A stretch of DNA of 60,953 bases, counting the filler. It is 6 parts of 6 records of this genome, joined end to end, with 100 filler letters (N's around TTAATTAATTAA, not from the genome) between each part and the next. Parts side by side here need not be neighbours in the genome. Positions count along the whole stretch, not along the records: positions 1 to 15,209 come from SRR15195285_1176; 5 more parts are not named here. The stretch is one strand, 5' to 3'. Below the pieces are notes generated by a model. It was not told where the DNA came from and did no database searches. It was given only the letters and a program-made list of their open reading frames with translations. A program made the position numbers and the translations under genes. This document shows, in pieces, positions 1 through 11,200 of this stretch. The stretch's first letter is position 1. Every line of letters starts with the position of its first letter.

Positions 1-24
1 GCTGCTGCTGCTGCTGCTGCTGCT
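1..24. repeat. (GCT)n microsatellite at contig end
   Basis: Perfect GCT run. It is in frame (poly-Ala) with the downstream ORF, so that gene may be 5'-truncated. Confidence 0.95.
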
Positions 25-30
25 GTGGCA

Positions 31-3000
31 ATGCGGGAGCAGCTGCAGCTGCTGTACGGTGGCAGCCTGGACGGCTCCTCCTCTGAACGGATGCGCCCAT
101 CGCCGCCTGTCTCGCCACCGCTGGGTGCGCCGAGGCTTTCCCTCCCGCGCGCGGGCTGCAGGCTGACGCCGCGCTCGGCGAGGACTGCGATGATGCTCAA
201 GCACCGTGTGTTGTTTGATGCGGACACGCCCAGAGAGGCTGCCCGAGGAAGGAGCAGTCGGAATAGCCGCGGAAGCGCGAAGCAAACTACGGCTGCTGAG
301 GAGTGCCGGGACTCGGGCCGCTCCCGTTCGGGTAGCTTGGCCGCGAATGCACAACCTGTGGACGTTGTTGGGACGGTGGCAGAGCGGTCGCCGCGCAGTC
401 AGGAGGATGCGTCTGTATGGCAAACTGCTCAGCTGGTCGTCAGCACTTGTACAGACCCCGACGCGCTGCTAGACAAGCTCGGTCAGTACGACTTCCAGCG
501 CCACCAGCATTATGCCGTTGGCAGGGCGAAGGAGCTGGCGGTGGCAACCCGGCAGGAGGCGGTGGACAGTGCTGCCGCGAGCACGGTCCAAGGGCCCAAC
601 GGTGTCGTGTTTCAACACCATGCACGACTTGCCGGCCACCCGCCCAAGACAGTTGGCGAAACGATGGACTGCGCTCAGAAGCAAACCGTAACGCAAGCGC
701 TTATCGCCGCGAAGGAAGCCACGGGGTGCATCATCGCCGCGACAGAAGACGAATTCGAACTGCGTCCACCAAATATGATGAACAGGCTACCGGCACTGGC
801 CGCGGAAGAAACATCAGAAGCGAAGCGCTTGGGGCTGCTTGAGAAGCTGCTTGCGCAGTGGAGAAAAAGCAAGGCGCTGTGCGACGATGCCAGGCGTGAC
901 CGCGATGGCGCACTGCGTGCTGTGGCACAGATGGACAAACATGAGCTCGATGAGCTGATTCACTACAGAACACCTCCGGAAGCTGTGCGCTGCACGTTGG
1001 TTGCGGTCGTCAGCTTGGTGATGAATACCCTGGAGGCAGATGGCTACGCGTACAAACAGATTCTTTCCACAGTCATGCAATTCATCGGCAAGACGGTCCT
1101 CACAGCCGATCTGTTGACAATTGCGCTTCGGCAGTATGACTCAACAGAAGGGTCAGAGTCAGTAGTCCTGAACGTAATCCGCTCGTATTGCGAAGACCTG
1201 AGATGGAAACATGAGATCGTGGCGAGAGCTGCACCATGTGTCGCGCCACTCTGTCTGTGGGTACATGCTCAGATTGCAGTATGGAAAACAACCAAGCAAA
1301 TGGAACAGGTCGATATCGAGGCCGTGATTACCGAGTTATCAAACAGGCATTCGGCCATTGCAGGTATCCATCTCGAGCGAGAGCGCATCATGAGGCAAGT
1401 TGACACAGTAGAATCAGCTGTGGTGCTACTGTCTTCCGCTCTGACAACAATCGCCGGCCTGGGTGTAGAAGCAGACGCATATCGCAGAAAGCTGCTGCTG
1501 TGGCGAAGCCAGTTGCTAGGGCTGATAGGAAAGGACGGTTCCGCTGCGATGGACAACAAGCTTGTTGCACAAACAGGTTCCTCAGCAGTTGCTAACGCAC
1601 TGGACGACAATGTCGCTCGCCGTCGGCTCGTGACCTCAGCACGGCTTGCAAAGACCTCACACGGTACCGACGCGCTACACCACGCACATACTGTCGCTTC
1701 ATCGCTACTTGCAACGATGTCAAAGAAGGTTACCCTATCAGAGTCAGACGATACCGAAGAACCCTATGGTATTGCGATGAAGGCATATGCTCGCGAGCGC
1801 TCGTTCAGAGATCCCATCGTGCCGCATCGACCGGCAGCTTACTTTCCAGAGCGCTCACATTTGTGCAACGTACAAAATGATGCTGCTTCGAAGCACTGGA
1901 GTCATGAGAAGCGGCGTCTGGCAAGCCGCCGCCGTAAGCAGGCAACCATGCGAGCACAGATTGCGCGAATGATGATGAGAATGAATACTAGTGCAGACCA
2001 AGATGAGGTGACACTTGCTATGAGACAGTTTACGACATTGCTCGAGAAAGATTGGCGTGCAGACACGTGGATGCACTCAGATTTTTTCGATGTTCAGCAG
2101 CCTTTTCACAATGTGCGGACACGCTTGGTCCACGCTCTAGACCTCAGTACCCGCAGCCAGAAGCTCAAGGCAGAAGATGTTCCAGCAGTGCACGCCGGCC
2201 TGGAATTTGTCGGGCAAACACCTCATAGAGCCGGTAAGTTAGTAACAGGGCTAGGCAGAGCCGATCTAGGACCAGAAATGGTAGACCTGTTGAAACACTG
2301 TACTCCTCCAACGGCTTGGGAAGATCTAGACGCATTACTCCAGGTTCTTAAGGAAGCAAAGCCGATCATCATCAATGCATTCGCAAGCATCCTTGCAACA
2401 GATTTAACACTTGTGAAATCAATTCGGTCACGCAAACTGCAGCCAGGAGACCTGTTGATTCGTCTGACTCAGTTCTCCCAGTGTATCGATGACGCCGGTG
2501 CTATGGATGCGATTACGGATAAGATTATGCTAGACAAGGTCTTCGCTCGATCACTCGCCGCGCAAGAGCTCAAAGAATCCCCGAAGAGTAAGATTAGTGC
2601 TACGAATGTCGGAGTATGGATGGGAGGGATTCCACGCCACTGCGTGACGGGCGAGCCGGGCGAACCAGGTGGAACGATCGATGGTGGAATTGCTCAACAG
2701 ATACACGCGATGGGAAAGGTGCTGTCGATCACGGTACGTGTGAAGGACGGCGAGAATAAGAGTTGGTGTTTGATCACATACAGTGCCCCGAAAGGTGCTG
2801 CCAAGTTCGTGGAGGCCGGCTGCATCGCACAGGCTGAAGACGGATCAAGCGTACAGCTTATCGTGAAAAGGGCGGACGTAAAGGGGCATGTGTCCAAGCC
2901 TACTACGGGTGCCCTTGCCAGCATCGCCAAGCGCCACGACAAGGAGGTCGAGGATGCGACCAAGCTGATGCGCGACACCACCAGCAGCCGTCGTGCACGA

Positions 3001-5097
3001 AGCAAACCTGAAATGTCACTGCTGGGTTTCGTCGTATCTGTTGTGCGTGTCGCAGCAGGCAGGTCGATTGAGCTACCCTCTTTGCATCAGCGTGTCGACA
3101 CGTTCATTCGTACGCACTTGATCAAGGTGGCTGCAGCACGAGACACGGACGACGATATCACAGTTGCAGCCCGGCAACCGGTTGTAGTCCAGACAATGAG
3201 CAAATGGGAAGAATGTGTGCGTGCATGTTTCATTCAGTACTGTGCAGAAAAGGACGTGCAGGAGGTGAGAGACAAGGAAGGCAACGTAAATTTGGATGAA
3301 CTCACTATAGACCTTCAGGGTATTCTTCGCATGTTCCACGAGCTTAGTTGGTATGACAAGTGGTGCACCAACACAGACGCAACGGCCTCATTTTTCAAAG
3401 TAGCAACACTCGAATATGGTAACAACCATGGTTCTCAGCTCTTGGCCTGGCAAAAGATGAGCGAGGATGAAGCCAAATATTTTGCTCAAAGTGAGGGGCT
3501 AGAGCTTCTCTTTGTCCAGTTCCGGGCGCTGGTGGTCCACATGTCTCTTTTAAAGGAGAGACAGATCAAAAAATCAATGGGCGCTGAAGATGTCCCGGAT
3601 AGGTTTGAGGAGTGGGTGGCGAAGACCATCGATAGTTGCGTTGAGCAGCTGATACTACCATTGTACGAGAAAGGTGCGTTCAATAGAGCAGCTAGCAACT
3701 ACAAGTCACGTGAAGACTCGGACTCGGACTTCGGCTCAATCCGACAAGAGCTCAGCGACAGCATCGTTCACAACGGTGCAAATGCTACTGTACGCAAGAA
3801 ACTAGCGGAGGGAATCAGTGCGCTGACGACTGCATCTGAGATCGAAAGCGAGTCGAACGATCGTGCAGAACTCGCGCGGCTGGAGCGAGAGTTCCAAGAG
3901 CTTCTTGCTAAGGCAGAGGCCAAATCTCAGCTGGGAGATGACGAAGTGAGCAGCCTATTCAAGGAGCTTGATATCGACTGCAGTGGTTCCCTTGATCACG
4001 TCGAGGTGACATTGCTACTGACACGGCTCAACTTGAAGGCTGATGATCAGTCTGTCGATCGAATGATGGCAGAAATAGATCCCGATAGCGACGGCATGGT
4101 AACCTTGACTGAGTTTATGAAGTGGTGGAGCAGTGCGAAATCAGAGCTAAGGAGAAGTCTCACTTGCCTGGCCGACGCGATAGCTGCACGAAAAGCGCGG
4201 GAGCGTCGTGAACAAAATCGGGCACGACGAGGTGGTCAGATGAGCATCTCTGAGGTGCAGCTTCTCTTCAATGAGATGGATGTGGACGGAAGTGGAACAC
4301 TCTCCAAGAACGAGGTCCAAGCACTGATGCATCAGCTGGGCGTGTCTGTTGCCAATGAGCAGCTGGAGACAGTCATGGGTGAGATGGATCCAAACGGCGA
4401 TGGTCAGGTTGATGATCAGCAGTTTTTACAGTGGTGGTCAGCGGCGGGAGTGGACCTCAAGAGCAAACTGGCGGCACTTGCAGATGAGACGAGTGAGCAG
4501 AAGGACAGGAGGCGCGGAGCACAAGCGCGGGTCGATGCTGCACGAGAACACCGGCTGATAGCACAGGCAAAGATGCGCGAAGTTAAGCATCAGCTACAAC
4601 GCACACGATTCCACGCATGGTGCAGAAAGGTCCAGGCGATCAAGCGGTGCCGTGGAGGCCTTGGGCTGCGTGCCTGGAACAGAATGACCGAGCAACAACG
4701 TGCATTGCACACAGCTGGAACATTTGCGGCGGGACTAGGCCGCAACCTAACAACTGCTTCCGGACGACTAATTAGTCGAGTGTCTCAACCCCAGCAGACT
4801 CGTACATGCGCGCAGTGCGGGGCAGAGTTTGTTCTGCTCGCCCATAACGCGCCAGTGTCTGGGGTTGGGAGACGACTGGCGTCCAAGCAAGAGGTTGGGA
4901 AACTCATGGAAGAGACGGAGGAGCGCAAACTTTACAGAAAACTCCACGGAGAGCGGCGGCTGGTGCCGAATCGAGATCTGTGCAATGAGCACAGACCGAG
5001 ACTCTGCAGGTATTCCCGGTGTAGAAGGATTTTCACACTGGCGGATGCGGCCTGCCAAGTGGGAGGCCTTTGTTGTGAGGACACTGTGCAGTTCTGA
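31..5097 (+). CDS. Large multidomain protein: dynein stalk/microtubule-binding (MTBD)-like domain, RRM-like domain, two EF-hand pairs, Cys-rich C-terminus
   Basis: Uninterrupted ~1690-codon ORF, first ATG at 31, frame open to the contig edge. MTBD-like segment ~880-1330 (ELDELIHYRTPPEAVRCTLVAV...LCLWVHAQ). RRM-like segment ~2605-2880 (VWMGGIP...GKVLSITVRVK...KSWCLITY). EF loops DIDCSGSLDHVE, DPDSDGMVTLTE, DVDGSGTLSKNE, DPNGDGQVDDQQ (~3970-4425). Confidence 0.85.
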   Translation: MREQLQLLYGGSLDGSSSERMRPSPPVSPPLGAPRLSLPRAGCRLTPRSARTAMMLKHRVLFDADTPREAARGRSSRNSRGSAKQTTAAEECRDSGRSRSGSLAANAQPVDVVGTVAERSPRSQEDASVWQTAQLVVSTCTDPDALLDKLGQYDFQRHQHYAVGRAKELAVATRQEAVDSAAASTVQGPNGVVFQHHARLAGHPPKTVGETMDCAQKQTVTQALIAAKEATGCIIAATEDEFELRPPNMMNRLPALAAEETSEAKRLGLLEKLLAQWRKSKALCDDARRDRDGALRAVAQMDKHELDELIHYRTPPEAVRCTLVAVVSLVMNTLEADGYAYKQILSTVMQFIGKTVLTADLLTIALRQYDSTEGSESVVLNVIRSYCEDLRWKHEIVARAAPCVAPLCLWVHAQIAVWKTTKQMEQVDIEAVITELSNRHSAIAGIHLERERIMRQVDTVESAVVLLSSALTTIAGLGVEADAYRRKLLLWRSQLLGLIGKDGSAAMDNKLVAQTGSSAVANALDDNVARRRLVTSARLAKTSHGTDALHHAHTVASSLLATMSKKVTLSESDDTEEPYGIAMKAYARERSFRDPIVPHRPAAYFPERSHLCNVQNDAASKHWSHEKRRLASRRRKQATMRAQIARMMMRMNTSADQDEVTLAMRQFTTLLEKDWRADTWMHSDFFDVQQPFHNVRTRLVHALDLSTRSQKLKAEDVPAVHAGLEFVGQTPHRAGKLVTGLGRADLGPEMVDLLKHCTPPTAWEDLDALLQVLKEAKPIIINAFASILATDLTLVKSIRSRKLQPGDLLIRLTQFSQCIDDAGAMDAITDKIMLDKVFARSLAAQELKESPKSKISATNVGVWMGGIPRHCVTGEPGEPGGTIDGGIAQQIHAMGKVLSITVRVKDGENKSWCLITYSAPKGAAKFVEAGCIAQAEDGSSVQLIVKRADVKGHVSKPTTGALASIAKRHDKEVEDATKLMRDTTSSRRARSKPEMSLLGFVVSVVRVAAGRSIELPSLHQRVDTFIRTHLIKVAAARDTDDDITVAARQPVVVQTMSKWEECVRACFIQYCAEKDVQEVRDKEGNVNLDELTIDLQGILRMFHELSWYDKWCTNTDATASFFKVATLEYGNNHGSQLLAWQKMSEDEAKYFAQSEGLELLFVQFRALVVHMSLLKERQIKKSMGAEDVPDRFEEWVAKTIDSCVEQLILPLYEKGAFNRAASNYKSREDSDSDFGSIRQELSDSIVHNGANATVRKKLAEGISALTTASEIESESNDRAELARLEREFQELLAKAEAKSQLGDDEVSSLFKELDIDCSGSLDHVEVTLLLTRLNLKADDQSVDRMMAEIDPDSDGMVTLTEFMKWWSSAKSELRRSLTCLADAIAARKARERREQNRARRGGQMSISEVQLLFNEMDVDGSGTLSKNEVQALMHQLGVSVANEQLETVMGEMDPNGDGQVDDQQFLQWWSAAGVDLKSKLAALADETSEQKDRRRGAQARVDAAREHRLIAQAKMREVKHQLQRTRFHAWCRKVQAIKRCRGGLGLRAWNRMTEQQRALHTAGTFAAGLGRNLTTASGRLISRVSQPQQTRTCAQCGAEFVLLAHNAPVSGVGRRLASKQEVGKLMEETEERKLYRKLHGERRLVPNRDLCNEHRPRLCRYSRCRRIFTLADAACQVGGLCCEDTVQF

Positions 5098-5238
5098 AAC
5101 GCCCCTCAGGTGCGAAGGCAACGGCAACGGCCATTTTGGAAAATGGACTCCTAATGGACTCCTTTATCACAAATGTTTATGGTATATGCACACATTGACT
5201 TGCTACAACAGACAGAATATTTCTGTTCATACTAGGCC

Positions 5239-8200
5239 TTACTGGCACACGTCCCCAGGTAGTGAGATGTCGCCACCGTTGGGCTCTGATGTAAAGCCTG
5301 CGCAGCTGTCGCAATCTGTGTCCTGGCAAGTCGACGCGTGCGAAGCTGATGTCGACGCCGCGGGGCAGAACACCTGCGCCGCCGGGCAGAGATGCTTTGC
5401 ATTCACCTTGCAACCATCGTCAGGACAACACACGTCCGCAGCACCTGCAATATCTCCAGCGTTCGGCACGGTAGTGAAGCCCGTGCAGGCATCACAGTTC
5501 GTATCCTGGCACACCGACGCCTCCGATGCTGCAGATGAACCAGCCGGACAGAATACCTGGGCGTCTGTGCAGAGATGCGCACCGCCATCGATCCGACCAG
5601 CGCCTGCAGCCTCCGTCCCTACGCCTGAGTTTGGCGTGAGGCCGGTCGGTGCAGCCACATTCGCCTGGGTGTTGCCCTCGGCATCTGTTGCTGCTGGTGG
5701 CGAGCTCGTGTCCACTGGATAGCCAGGAAGGACGCCCGCATCAAGTCGATTGGTCTCGCTTGGCACACAGTTGTAATCCGTGAGCCATTTGGTCGAAGTG
5801 ACGCCGTTAAGCGCGCTAGACCCAGCGCCTTCTGCATCGGCGAACTGGAACATCGACGTCTGTTTGCATGTCGTACGTAGATCGTCAGTCTCCGACACCG
5901 TTAGCTCCCGCTGCGCGTCGTTGTCGGTAATTGCGATCCACACGTTGAGCGGTGGGAACTTCATTGCGTCTCCTGTGGAGCGGTCAGAGCTGGGTCGTGC
6001 CTGGAGTGTGTACTCACTTTCGACATTAGTTTGGTACGATGTGGCAAATCGTGGCGTACAGAACTGGTCGTTCGAAACCGGAGTGCAAAAAGCGCCGTCC
6101 GGTGGGCCCTCCCAGAACGAGCTGTCGAAACCACACTCACCCGTGCCAGCCGCAACGTTGCCAGCCACATTCCAACCGCTCTCCCAAGTACACCCCGCAG
6201 TTGCGGTGCAATCGTTCTGCTGTCCGTTATGTGCTGCGCAACCACCCTCCAGTGAGATGTCCATACGACCACCAGCGGCACTCCGCATTTGGCGGAAGTA
6301 CGGGCGTGGCAGCTTGAGGCCGCTGATATGGTCGTAGCAGTCACCAGCCCCGTTGGCCGGTACTTGAGAAGCCTTCTCTGTCGCACCTGCTGCGGCGTCG
6401 ATCTGACCCTCGCCATCGGCGACACCGCGCGTAAACTCGCCTGGGCCGCGCCATTGGTCACCGCTGACAGTGTTCTTACCCAGCCTGGCCTGGTGTTCGC
6501 TGGTTGTGACGTCTCGCTGGAAGTAAGTTTCCAGATCCCGCTGTGAGACCGCAAAGCGGCATTGAGTATCGGCATCCGTTGCACCTCCTGCGGGCATCTC
6601 GCTGTTTGAGACCCACCCAAACTCGTGGCCGAGCTCGTTTGTGTCAGTGCCACCGATGCCACCCCACGAGCCCACGTCAGTAATCCCCGTCGAGCTGGAT
6701 GGCCCGGAGGTGCCCCAGATATCGACGCCGCCAGTGGTGGTGCCCCAGTTTCCTCCCATGGCGGTTGAGCAGCAGCCCTCCGTCGTCCAGACACCATCTT
6801 TGTAGAATCCATAGCCATACAGCGACTCGTACTTCGAATAACCCCAGGTTGACGAGCCCGTCTCGTCCAGCTTGCCGTACTGAGGCGCACCACTGTACCG
6901 GTTAATGCCAAACGGGAAACGCTCGATGTTGCCGTACGTGTACAGGCCACCATGTTTGTTCCACTGGACAAAGCCAGTACCTTGCATATTGTCGAGCGTA
7001 TCCTGAGTCTCGACATAGTGCCGGAGCACAGTAGTGTAAGTCTCTGCTTCCTTGGCCGAGTCGCGGTCAAAATACTCAGGGCGTGAGCCAGACCAGACGC
7101 ATGTGTTCGTCTCCCAGGTACAGCCAGCGACGGCCGCACAGGAGTCCGCAGTATGGCCAACATCTCGATCAGCCATAAAACTCTCGTCGTTGCAGATGTA
7201 GTTGCCCTCGGTAACGCCGTAGTCGCCGACGACACTGCCCGAAGCGCCAGTTCCAGAGCGGCCGTCGCTATCAAGATTTGGTGTCGGGTCGTGGCCGACT
7301 GAAGAGTCAGTCTGCTCGTTGCCGCCGTAAGCTACATGCTGAGTTGGATCTGGCTCGACACCGGCGACATCCTGGTTCTTGATATCGTGCGAGTCCTTGT
7401 CGTTGTGGGCGTAAACGTACACGTACTGTGGAATGTTCCAGTTGTCAGCAGTGAATCGGTAGGTAGCATCACGCTGCCAGCCGCCACAAGTGCTGAGGTA
7501 GCCGTCCATATCCGACGGCGCATCCGTGAGCTCATTGAAAGGACGGTATCCATCCGTCGCAGTGGATGGCTGAGACTGAGTACCCTTGCCGTTGAAAGGG
7601 AAGCGCGGGTGGCGCTGAGCGGCAGTCCACGCAGTTGACTTCGGTTTACCACCACCCCAGGGTGTGCCCTCACCGGGTGGGCAGGAGGCTGGCTCAGCGA
7701 GATCAACGTGCACCGTTTGAGTGACCGTAACATCAACCCAGTAGTCTTGCTCTGGCTCGACGCTGCCGCAGGCGTCCGGCCGAGTGCGGTCCGTCCAGTC
7801 CGCGAAGAACTCCCCGTGCTCTGGCCCATCGTAGTCCTGCCCATCGCCGTCGACATCTTTGCATTTGGCCTCGGTGTCCATGGTGTCGCTCGTCAGACTG
7901 TTCGTCTGACTAGTCACATCGACTGCGTCTCCTGCTGCTCCCATGTTGAAAGTGCAGGTTGAACTGCCCCAGGTGTAAGGTGATTCATCGTAGCACACAG
8001 AGCCTGGGGTAAAGGTAATGCCCGTCGATGGGTCGGTGCCACTCTGGCGCTGAACCTTTCGTGGCTGAGTGTCTAGCTGGATTGTGTAGTAGGTGAAAGT
8101 GCTACCTTCAGTTACGCTCAGCGGTGTCGGTAGATGCGTGTAGAAGTTCGGGTTGCTCGTGTCTGGGACCTGTGTCTGGGCCGCGATGCAGCTACGATCG

Positions 8201-11200
8201 CTGCATGATGACGGGAACTCGTCTGACGCAGAGAAACCCACAGTGGCCGAATTAGCTGTGTACGTGGGGTCAGTGCGATCAATTGCAGCTAGCGACTCTA
8301 TGCGAACTCCGGAATAGTCATTGTCCATCGTGTGAATGGTTCGGATGGTATGCCTGTACGGAGTTGCATCGTCGTTGCGTCTGTCTGGCGCGGACGGACA
8401 GCCGGTACCGAACGACCATCCATTGCCATCAGCAGTAGTCGCCCACTCGCACATAGCGCCAGTGTTGTAGCCGTCGCTTCCTCCTCCGGCATAACCCTCG
8501 CTGTTGAACGACCCCTCGCTCGTATCCATATACGGTGTGGTGTACTTCCAGTATTCGTCAAACTTGTGGCTCTGCGTGATCGTGAAGGCTGTAAAGTCGA
8601 TGATGACGCCCATACGCTCGTCGACATCGTCATCAATCGGAACCACCTTAATGGTTGCGGGCTCATCCCAGCGGTATGTATCTTGACCGTCAACCAAACC
8701 ACCGGCGTGCGTGAAGGTCACAGAGGACGGGGAGAAACTTGTCTGTGGAGTTTGATCAGGTGTGACGACTATGTAAACGGCCTCCTCTTCGGTATCCGTC
8801 TCGGTTGTTCCAATGTACTGGCGTCGTACCCTCTTGACTCCGGGGCTTGAGTTGAGACGGACCTTGAAATCACCGTACTCGCATTGGTCATTCTCAGAGT
8901 CTTCCAAATCTGCCTCTGTGGTCTCAGCGCCATCAAGATTCTTGCATTCACGTGAGTGAATTGTGCACACGTACGAATCGGCTGCTTCGGTGTTAGCTGG
9001 GCCAGTGCCCTTGAAGCCTCGCACATGATCGGTGATCGTTACATGATTGGTGGCGGCCGGCCCAGCCGCATCACTATGGGTGCCGCAGTGAGGGCCGTAC
9101 TGATCGGCTGTGTTTGCGGTGGTGCAATACGTGTCAGAGTACGGGTCGTAAGATACCCAATCCTGCGTCGTGTCAGGGTAGCACCCTTCTTCCGTTTTGT
9201 CCACTACGACTGAGTTGTCGCCAGAACCAGGTACCGCCAGAGCTGACTCACCAAAGACCTCACCTGTCACAAACGACGGCAGAGGATAGACACTCTCTTC
9301 CACCAGCTTGTTGAGGTGCTCGCTTGTGCGGGTGATGCAGCGCTCGCGGTTCATGAGCGCCTCCTCGGCATCATTGGTGTCCCCTGACGTGATAATGCTG
9401 ACATATCCACAGTTGGGACAGTCTGCCTCGCCAGCGAGACCAGTGATCCCGTCGAAGAAAGTGCTGATGCCGCCGCCGAAGTGACTGTAGGACATTCCAT
9501 CCTCTGCATCTGCACCAACGCGCTCAACCTGTTCGTCCCAGCGATTATGCGGATGGCTGTCATCGTACGAACCTATGAACATTTCGTCGTCTTCATAGTC
9601 GAACGTACATACGGTGCCAGTCCACGTGCAGCCAGCCAGACCAAGGCAGTCAGACATCCCAGTGTTGCCCTCGGCGCAGTCGTCGACATACGTCGTTGCA
9701 CGACCACTGCTCGTGTCCAAGTCAGTTGCGTGCCCACCCGCATTGTCTCCACACAGTACAACGAGGTCTGCGATGTCGTCGTCGACAACAGTGACCTCAA
9801 TGTAGTCTTTGTTGCCCGTTGCGGTGTAGATGTTGGCATCATTGTAGAGCGGATCTTCAATACAAGCTTTACCATCGGGAGTGGCGTGGTTGTCTCCGCT
9901 ATGGCCGGTGCTTGGGTTGTGGTTGCTGCCGGAGCACGGAGCAGTGTCGAAATAAATCTTGCGGGTCTCCTGCGGTTCATCTACGTCATCGTTCAAAGCG
10001 ATAGCTGTGATGCGACGTGGCACATCCCAGTCTTGATCGGTGAACATCACTTCGATTGACTTGCCACCACGGGGCTTGAAGCGCAAGCCTGATGGGCTCG
10101 CTCCAGCAACGTAAGGTACGTTCTGGATGAAGCAAGATCCCCCGTCGTGGTCAGCAATCCAGTCCGAGCCCGGAAATTGATTTTCACACTCTTCTTCGGA
10201 GACAACGCCGTTGCGGAAGGTCGGCTCTTCGTAGAAGTACAGCTCGTTATCGCGCAGATCCGCGAGCTCTGAATCTTCAAACACCTTGACAACCACCGTA
10301 GCGCCCTCGAGCGGAGAAGATTCCAATACTATTGTAAATGGACATACCGGCATCGACATTTCTAGCATGTCGCTGCCGCCGTACAGTGCTGCCTCGGACT
10401 CCAACAGGTATGCTGCTGTCCACAGGTCAGCGGGAGCTGTTGTATCAGTGTTCGCCAAGTGGTTGCTGTCGTCAGTAAAGAGCCCAAGCGTGACTGGTAG
10501 TTTAGTCGGTGCCTCGGTGCGGTGATGGGCCCCGAACGAGTTATACTCGTAGCGAGAGGCTGACGATTGGGTGTCCGCGGCTGGCATCTCTGTGTACGTG
10601 CGGAGGTGGCCGTTCCACTCCACGTCTGTAGGATTCTTCTGGTGGTTGAAGTTTTTGTGATAGAAACGTCGACCCTCAGTTGCCTGGCACGACTCACGAG
10701 AAATCAACACCTGGCGCACATTTGTATCAACAACGTTGTTGGTTGCACCGCACGTTGCGCCTGAGTTTGCGTACGTCTCCGGGCTGAACGTAAACACCTG
10801 GTCGGTTGGGAAACCAGACGCCAGGCAGACGTGATTGTTAGCCACCGTCGTGTGGGCGTTCGAGACCATGAACCCGTAATGCGGCTCGTCGAGGTATCCG
10901 TCTGGCTCGTCGTAATGCCCGCCGAGCGTAGTCACCTGCGCGCCTTGGTGGGCTGCGACGGGTTGAGTGAGGTAATCGATCCAGGTTGAAACGCCGAACT
11001 CGTTGTGAACGTGTATCCCATCGTCTTTGTAGATCTGGCCTTGGACGCGGTAGTCGTTGACAGGATTTAGGGTAGCAACATCGGCATCAGCGACAATCCC
11101 GTCTTGCGGAGCTGTGTAATCACACCCTGCGATTCCCGCACAGGACGCGCGGGCCGCTTCGATCTCAGCGTGCGACAGATAGCCATCGCTGTCGCCATCA

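Noticed and set aside
880-1400. Gene 1 as a degenerate dynein heavy chain pseudogene
   Set aside because: The ORF is intact for ~1690 codons, and the sequence around the MTBD-like segment shows no AAA or linker similarity.
4829-5722. 297-aa + strand ORF bridging two convergent genes
   Set aside because: An alternative-frame/antisense shadow of the two real genes, with no recognisable motifs.
5961-7274. 437-aa overlapping minus-strand ORF and the many other 60-300 aa nested ORFs
   Set aside because: Off-frame or antisense shadows, expected in GC-rich coding DNA. Their composition is Arg/Ser/Ala-rich with no domain signal.
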